Source: Octopus bimaculoides
Lineage: Eukaryota
Length of the DNA: 64,000 nt
Direction: 5' to 3'
Assembly: GCF_001194135.2 (NCBI RefSeq)
Contig: NC_069001.1
Location: forward strand, 22,980,214-23,044,213
Part shown: positions 58,515 to 64,000 of the stretch, piece after piece
How the letters are laid out: each line of letters begins with the position of its first letter
Numbering within the stretch: the first letter of the stretch is position 1
The notes under the pieces: generated by a model
Databases searched by the model: none
Told to the model about the DNA's origin: nothing
Seen by the model: the letters and a program-made list of their open reading frames with translations, nothing else
Position numbers and translations under genes: made by a program

Positions 58515-60338
58515 AGGTGCAATTAAAAACATGAAAACCAGGAAAGCCCCTGGTCCCTCTGGAATCACAGCTGAGAAGCTCAAAATATCCCATAAATTAG
58601 GACATGGGTGAGTCACCTGCTTAGTTAATCAGTGCTACAAGGGTAAGGCTGATGTGTTAGATAGAAGCAATTATAGAAATATCAAACTCCTGGACCAGGT
58701 GATGAAAATTATGGAGAGAATTATAGCCCAATTAATTAGGAGCAGAATTAGGCAAAACAAAATAGTCCAATTTTGTCTGAGGAAAGAAGCACTCCTGATG
58801 CTGTTTTTATAGTCAAGCAACTACAAGAGAAGTACTTAGCTAAGAATAAACCCTAGAGTGCCCTGCTGTGTGATATAGTGGGTTTCTGAGGAAGCTAGGG
58901 ATAGAAGAGTGGCTGGTGAAAGCTGTACAGGCCATGTACAGAGATGCTATCAGTAAGGTGAGAGTTAACCATGAGTACAGCAAAGAATTTGGTGTACAGG
59001 TAGGGGTTCATCAAAGCTCTGTCCTTAGTCTACTCTCTTTTATCATTGTCCTCCAGGCCATAACAAAGGAATTCAAGACCAGCAGACCCTGGGAACTGTT
59101 ATATGCTGATGATCTTGCCTTCATAGCAGATTCCATATCAAAGATAGACGAAAAATTCCAGGTATGGAAGCAAAACCTGGAATCTAAAGGCCTTATCAAA
59201 GACTAAAGTCATAGTAAGCAAAAAAACTGACAAGACCCTACCCACCTCAGGTAGGTGGCCCTGTTTGATTTGTAGGAAAGGTGTAGGCAGGAACTCCATA
59301 TGGTGTACCCAGTGTAAGCTATGGACACAGAAGAGATGCAATAGAGAAGATAGTTTTCATATGTGGAAGATACACAGGATCCATAAAACTTCAGAGACTC
59401 AGGAAATTGATTCTTTCAAATATCCTAGTGGCTCATTAGAGGTAGTAGATAGTTTCTGCTACCTGGAGGACCGATTTAGTAGTGGGGGTGGATGCACGGA
59501 GACTGTAATAGCTAGAATAAGAATGGGATGGAGGAAATTCAGTGAGCTGTTACCTCTGTTAGCCAGGAAAGTTTTCCCTCCCTGAGTGAAAGTAAGATTG
59601 TATGATGCATGCATACAGATAGCAATTCTACATGGTAGTGAGGTGTGGGCCCTGAATGCTGAGAACATAGAAAGGTTAGAAAGGAGTGAGGCCGGTATGC
59701 TCTGCTGGATATGTAAGGTGAATGTACATATTCAACAGAATGCTAGTGCTTTGAGAGAGAAGTAAAGAATAAGAGGAATTGGTTGTGATGTGGAAGAGAG
59801 AAGACTGTGCTGGTTTGGTCATGTAATGCAGATGGATGTCAACAGATCTATAAAGAATTGCTGATGTCTCAAAGTAAATGGAAGACGTGGAAGCAGGAGA
59901 CCCAGGAAGACATGGGATGAAGTACTGAAGAACGACCTCAGGACACTGAACATTTCAGGTGAGATGACAAAGGACCAAGATGCCTGGATTCTTGCCATAC
60001 TCAAGAAGGCCTGCCTCCAATGTAAAAGTGTTAAGACAGATCCTTTGGGTAGGGTAAAACACTTGTGACGGTGCCATGTAAAAGTGCCAATATGGTTCCA
60101 CGTAAAACTACCTGTGCTACAACATCTAAAATTGTTCATGTGGCATCATGTAAAGGTGCCCATGGAGTGCTACATAATAGCACCCAACACACTCTGTAAA
60201 GGGCTTGGGGAAGGAAGGTCATCCAGCCACTATGCCAAATCAGACTGGAGCCTGGTGCAGGCCCTAGCTTGCCAGCTCTGATCAAACCATCCAACCCATG
60301 CCAGCATGGACAACAAATGTTAAATGATGATGATGATG
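58515..60338 (+). mobile_element. 5'-truncated RTE-clade LINE (RT domain to (TGA)n tail), degenerate
   Basis: KAPGPSGITAEKLK, GVHQSSVLS, YADD (59102-59113), C-rich insert CLICRKGVGRNSIWCTQCKLW, LCWFGHVMQMD, GSRRPRKTW, 3'UTR and (TGA)n. Confidence 0.9.
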
Positions 60339-60734
60339 TGCAGTCGTAGTTGTGTGGTTAAGAAGATTGCTTAGCAGCCATATGGTTTCAGGTTCAGTCT
60401 CACTGCTTGACATGTTGGGCAAGTGATTTCTCCTATATCCTTGGAGTGACTAATGTTTTGTTAATGAATTTGTTAAAAGGAAGCTTGTCGCATATCTATC
60501 TATCTATCTGTCTATCCATCTATCTATCTATCTGTCTATCTATCTATCTATCTAGCTATCTATCCATCTATCTATCTGTGTATGTATCTATATCTTTTAT
60601 CTTTTACTTGTTTCATTCATTAGACTGTGGCCATGTTGTGGTACCTCCATGAAGAAGTTTTAGGTGAAGGAATTGACCCCACAACTTGAAGTCTGATTCT
60701 TATTCTATTGGTCCTTTTTGCATGTACGACACAG

Positions 60735-61250
60735 TGTAAGTGTCTTGAGAGAAAAGTTAGGCATAAGAGGTATCAGATGTGGTGTGCAAGAGAGATGACT
60801 GAACTGGTTTGGTAATGTGATGCATATGGATGAGGACAGCTGTGTAAAGAAGTACTGATCTCTAACTGTGGAAGGCACCTGTGATAGAGGTAGAACAAGG
60901 AAGACATGAGGTGAGGTGGTGGAATATGATCTCGGTTACTAATCATTGCCTCCGTGAGGCAATGATTAGTGACTGAGATCTTTGGCAATATGCTATGCAT
61001 GAGATGACCCATCAAGTCAAGCAAAATCACAGTTGTAGCAGATACTGGTGTCCCACAAATGGTACCCATGCCAGTGGCATGCAAAAGCACCCATTACACT
61101 CTTGGAGTGGTTGGCGTTAGGAAGGGCTTCCAAGCATAGAAAACCATGCGAAATCAGACAGGAGTCTGGCGCAGCCTTCCAGCTTACCAGCCCTGATCAA
61201 ACCGTCCAGTCTATGCCAGCATAGACAATGGACATTAAATGATGAAGGTG
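60735..61250 (+). mobile_element. RTE-clade LINE 3' fragment
   Basis: LREKLGIRGIRCGVQER.LNWFGNVMHMDEDSCVKK plus the 3'UTR shared with other RTE tails. Confidence 0.8.
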
Positions 61251-61256
61251 ATATAT

Positions 61257-61295
<39 letters not shown>

Positions 61296-61439
61296 CATAT
61301 ACATGTATACACACACACATACATATATATATATTCTAGAAATAAAAAGGCAAATGCTCTGAAATATTTATGAAGTAGAATATTTACGAAGTCGACTGGT
61401 TTTTGCCTGTTTGGCTGATCATGACTGAACATTTATTGA

Positions 61440-61590
61440 TGATGTAATAATTCCACCAACTTTATAAATATTTTCAAAAAATTGTTCTTTTATGGAAACT
61501 GTATAGGGATGAGAAATTGAAAGTCTCTGTTGGTAGTTTATTGCAACCTGTAGAACAAATTCTTTCGAGTGGAAGGAAAGCTTGATCAGA
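61440..61590 (-). pseudogene. Possible CR1/L2-type LINE extreme 3' coding remnant
   Basis: The minus strand reads TRKNLFYR..NKLP.ETFNFSSL.SF.KR, similar to RKNFF..RV...WN.LP.....S...FK.RL. Confidence 0.35.
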
Positions 61591-61843
61591 NNNNNNNNNN
61601 NNNNNNNNNNNNNNNNNNNNNNNNNNNNNNNNNNNNNNNNNNNNNNNNNNNNNNNNNNNNNNNNNNNNNNNNNNNNNNNNNNNNNNNNNNNNNNNNNNNN
61701 NNNNNNNNNNNNNNNNNNNNNNNNNNNNNNNNNNNNNNNNNNNNNNNNNNNNNNNNNNNNNNNNNNNNNNNNNNNNNNNNNNNNNNNNNNNNNNNNNNNN
61801 NNNNNNNNNNNNNNNNNNNNNNNNNNNNNNNNNNNNNNNNNNN

Positions 61844-61918
61844 NCCTTCTACTATAACCTCGGGCCGATCAAAGCCTTGTGAGTGGATTTAGTAGACGGA
61901 AACTGAGAGAAGCCTGTC

Positions 61919-61988
<70 letters not shown>

Positions 61989-63015
61989 ATGTGTATATGT
62001 TTTTGTGTCTGTGTTTGTCTCCCTACCATCACTTGACAATCGATGCTAGTGTGTTTACGTCCCTGTAACTTACCGGTTCAGCAAAAGATACCAATAGAAT
62101 AAGTACTAGGCTTACAAAGAATAAGTCCTAGAGTCGATTTGGTTGACTAAAAGGCGGTGCTCCAGCATGGCCGCAGTCAAATGACTGAAACAAGTAAAAG
62201 AGTAATAGTGTAAAAACCATTTCACTCAGCGTGCTAATGTTTATGCCAGCTCGTCACCTTAAAAATGAATATATCAATGCAGGTGTGGTTCTGTGGTAAG
62301 AACTTTGCTTTTCAATCACATGGTTCCCTGTTCAGTCTCACTACATTGCACCTTGAGCAAGTGTCTTCCATGGTCAGACATGTTCTCCATAGAAGACTGA
62401 AAATGAACAGCCTTGCTTATTTGACGACAATGATGCATGTGTATATGTGTGTATTTAGATCATTTTTTTATCTTTTTACTTGGATCAGTCATTAGACCGT
62501 GGCCATGCTGGGGCACTGCCTTGGAGAGTTTGTAGTCGAAAGAATCAACCCCAGTACTTTTTTTAAAAGCCTGGCACTGATTCAATCAATGTATTTTGCT
62601 GAACTGCTAAGTTACAGGGACGTAAATACACCACCACTGATCATCAAGCAGTGGTTGGTGGACAGACAGACAGACACACACACACACACACACACACACA
62701 TGACAGTCTTCATTTAGTTTCCATCTACCATATCCATTCACAAGGTTTTTGTTAGCTCAAAACTATAGTAGAAGACACTTGCCCAAGAGGCCATGCAGTG
62801 GGACTGAACTCAGAACTATTATGGTTGGGAAGCAAGCTTCTTATTCTTACACACACATATATATATACATATATACGACGGGCTTCTTTCAGTTTCTTTG
62901 GTCGGCCCGAGGCTATAGTAGAAGACATTTGCCCAAGGTGCCAGGCTGTGGGACTGAACCCTGAACCATGTGATTGGTAAGCAAGCTACTTTCCACACAG
63001 CCACTCCTGCACCTA
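61844..63015. mobile_element. SINE-A cluster: + copy 61844-62205, partial + copy ~62278-62400, - copies ~62455-62860 and ~62875-63015
   Basis: Characteristic head and tail motifs. Confidence 0.8.
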
Positions 63016-63492
63016 TACACACACACACACACACTCACAGACACAAAGGTGCACTAACACATATTTATCAGTCTACATTTTTATATGTTTTTGCTGCTAT
63101 ATTTTTAGAAAATATAATTCCGTGCCAATTTGGTTTTTTTATGACTGTCTGTCAGTGTCTTTGTCTATATTTTATTATTTGGATATATGAAATGTAGCTT
63201 TAAATGTTCTCCTGAGCTCCTGACCTATGAATTTAAACTCTGTATATCATAACTGAATATGAAGTGTGCTGTAATTGCCTTTGCTTTGCAACTTCTTAAT
63301 CTTTGTCTTTTTCTAGATGTCATTATGTCATTTTTGTTTCTTCAATTTCAATCCTTATCAAAATAATGGTTATTCATAGATCTCTTTCCCTAATTATGTC
63401 CTTTTCTATCTGTATTCTTAACATTCTTTCGTCTTCACTTTTCTCATTTTGCCCTCATATACATACATACATACATACACACACACATACAC

Positions 63493-63524
<32 letters not shown>

Positions 63525-63525
<1 letters not shown>

Positions 63526-63700
63526 GTTAGTGAAATATTTCCTTCTCTGGACTTTTCTGATTTAATTTCTGATGAAGAGCTATGCTTGAAGGGTTAAAGA
63601 CCCACTCTTTTTTCCACTTACATTCCTTGTGTACACCCTCATGTTGGTTTGTTATTGTTATTTATAATGTTCAATTGTTCAACTTTTAATATTAAATTTG
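63525..63700 (+). mobile_element. Penelope-like pLTR remnant with decayed hammerhead-like motif (63569-63592)
   Basis: CTGATGAAGAGC-TAT-GCTT-GAAGG; stem II and the GAAA box are damaged. Flanked by microsatellites. Confidence 0.5.
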
Positions 63701-63738
<38 letters not shown>

Positions 63739-63741
<3 letters not shown>

Positions 63742-64000
63742 TATATATAAAGGGCATTAACTATTGTAGTAATGCCTCACGCTTCGAGGGACTAAATAAG
63801 TCAAAAACTACCAAAAATAAGCAACATATTTACTGAAAGCAAGGGAATGCAGCTTTCAAAATTTATCTCTTAAAAACATTTAACTCAACGGTAGACCACT
63901 GGTTTCTCAATCAAATACAGAAAAAACTGTGAAGTAACCTGTATTCTTTTGTTCATCAGTACACGTATGGTCAAGATACATAAAAAATAAACAAGAATCA
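63739..64000 (+). mobile_element. Possible Helitron-type 5' end (runs off the window)
   Basis: A|TCTTATATATAAAGGG start after (TA)n, then hairpin GGCATTA-N10-TAATGCC. Homologous to 32409-32960. Confidence 0.45.

Overview
AT-rich, microsatellite-dense eukaryotic genomic DNA with six assembly gaps. It is most likely from an octopod cephalopod (Octopus); this is inferred from recognising the repeat families, not from a marker gene. I find no intact host gene, rRNA, functional tRNA or CRISPR array, and almost every listed ORF is a translation of simple repeats or N-runs. The window is a layered transposon graveyard. It holds three tRNA-derived SINE groups (SINE-A with an internal microsatellite, a Meta-domain-like SINE-B, and a CORE-like SINE-C), RTE, CR1/L2-type and R4/Dong-type LINE fragments, and Penelope-like elements with hammerhead-ribozyme motifs. 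It also holds Tc1, maT and mariner elements, piggyBac- and hAT-type MITEs, a probable solo LTR and probable Helitron ends. The most notable item is a complete 1.44-kb retroelement (48610-50051) with a perfect 15-bp target-site duplication (TSD), inserted in a SINE head. It encodes only a gag-like ORF1 (no reverse transcriptase) and shares its 3' end with the youngest SINE-B copies in the window. This points to a non-autonomous ORF1-only (HAL1-like) element and a SINE using the same L1/Tx1-type LINE. Coordinates were counted by hand; those of decayed repeats are approximate (about +/-10-20 bp).
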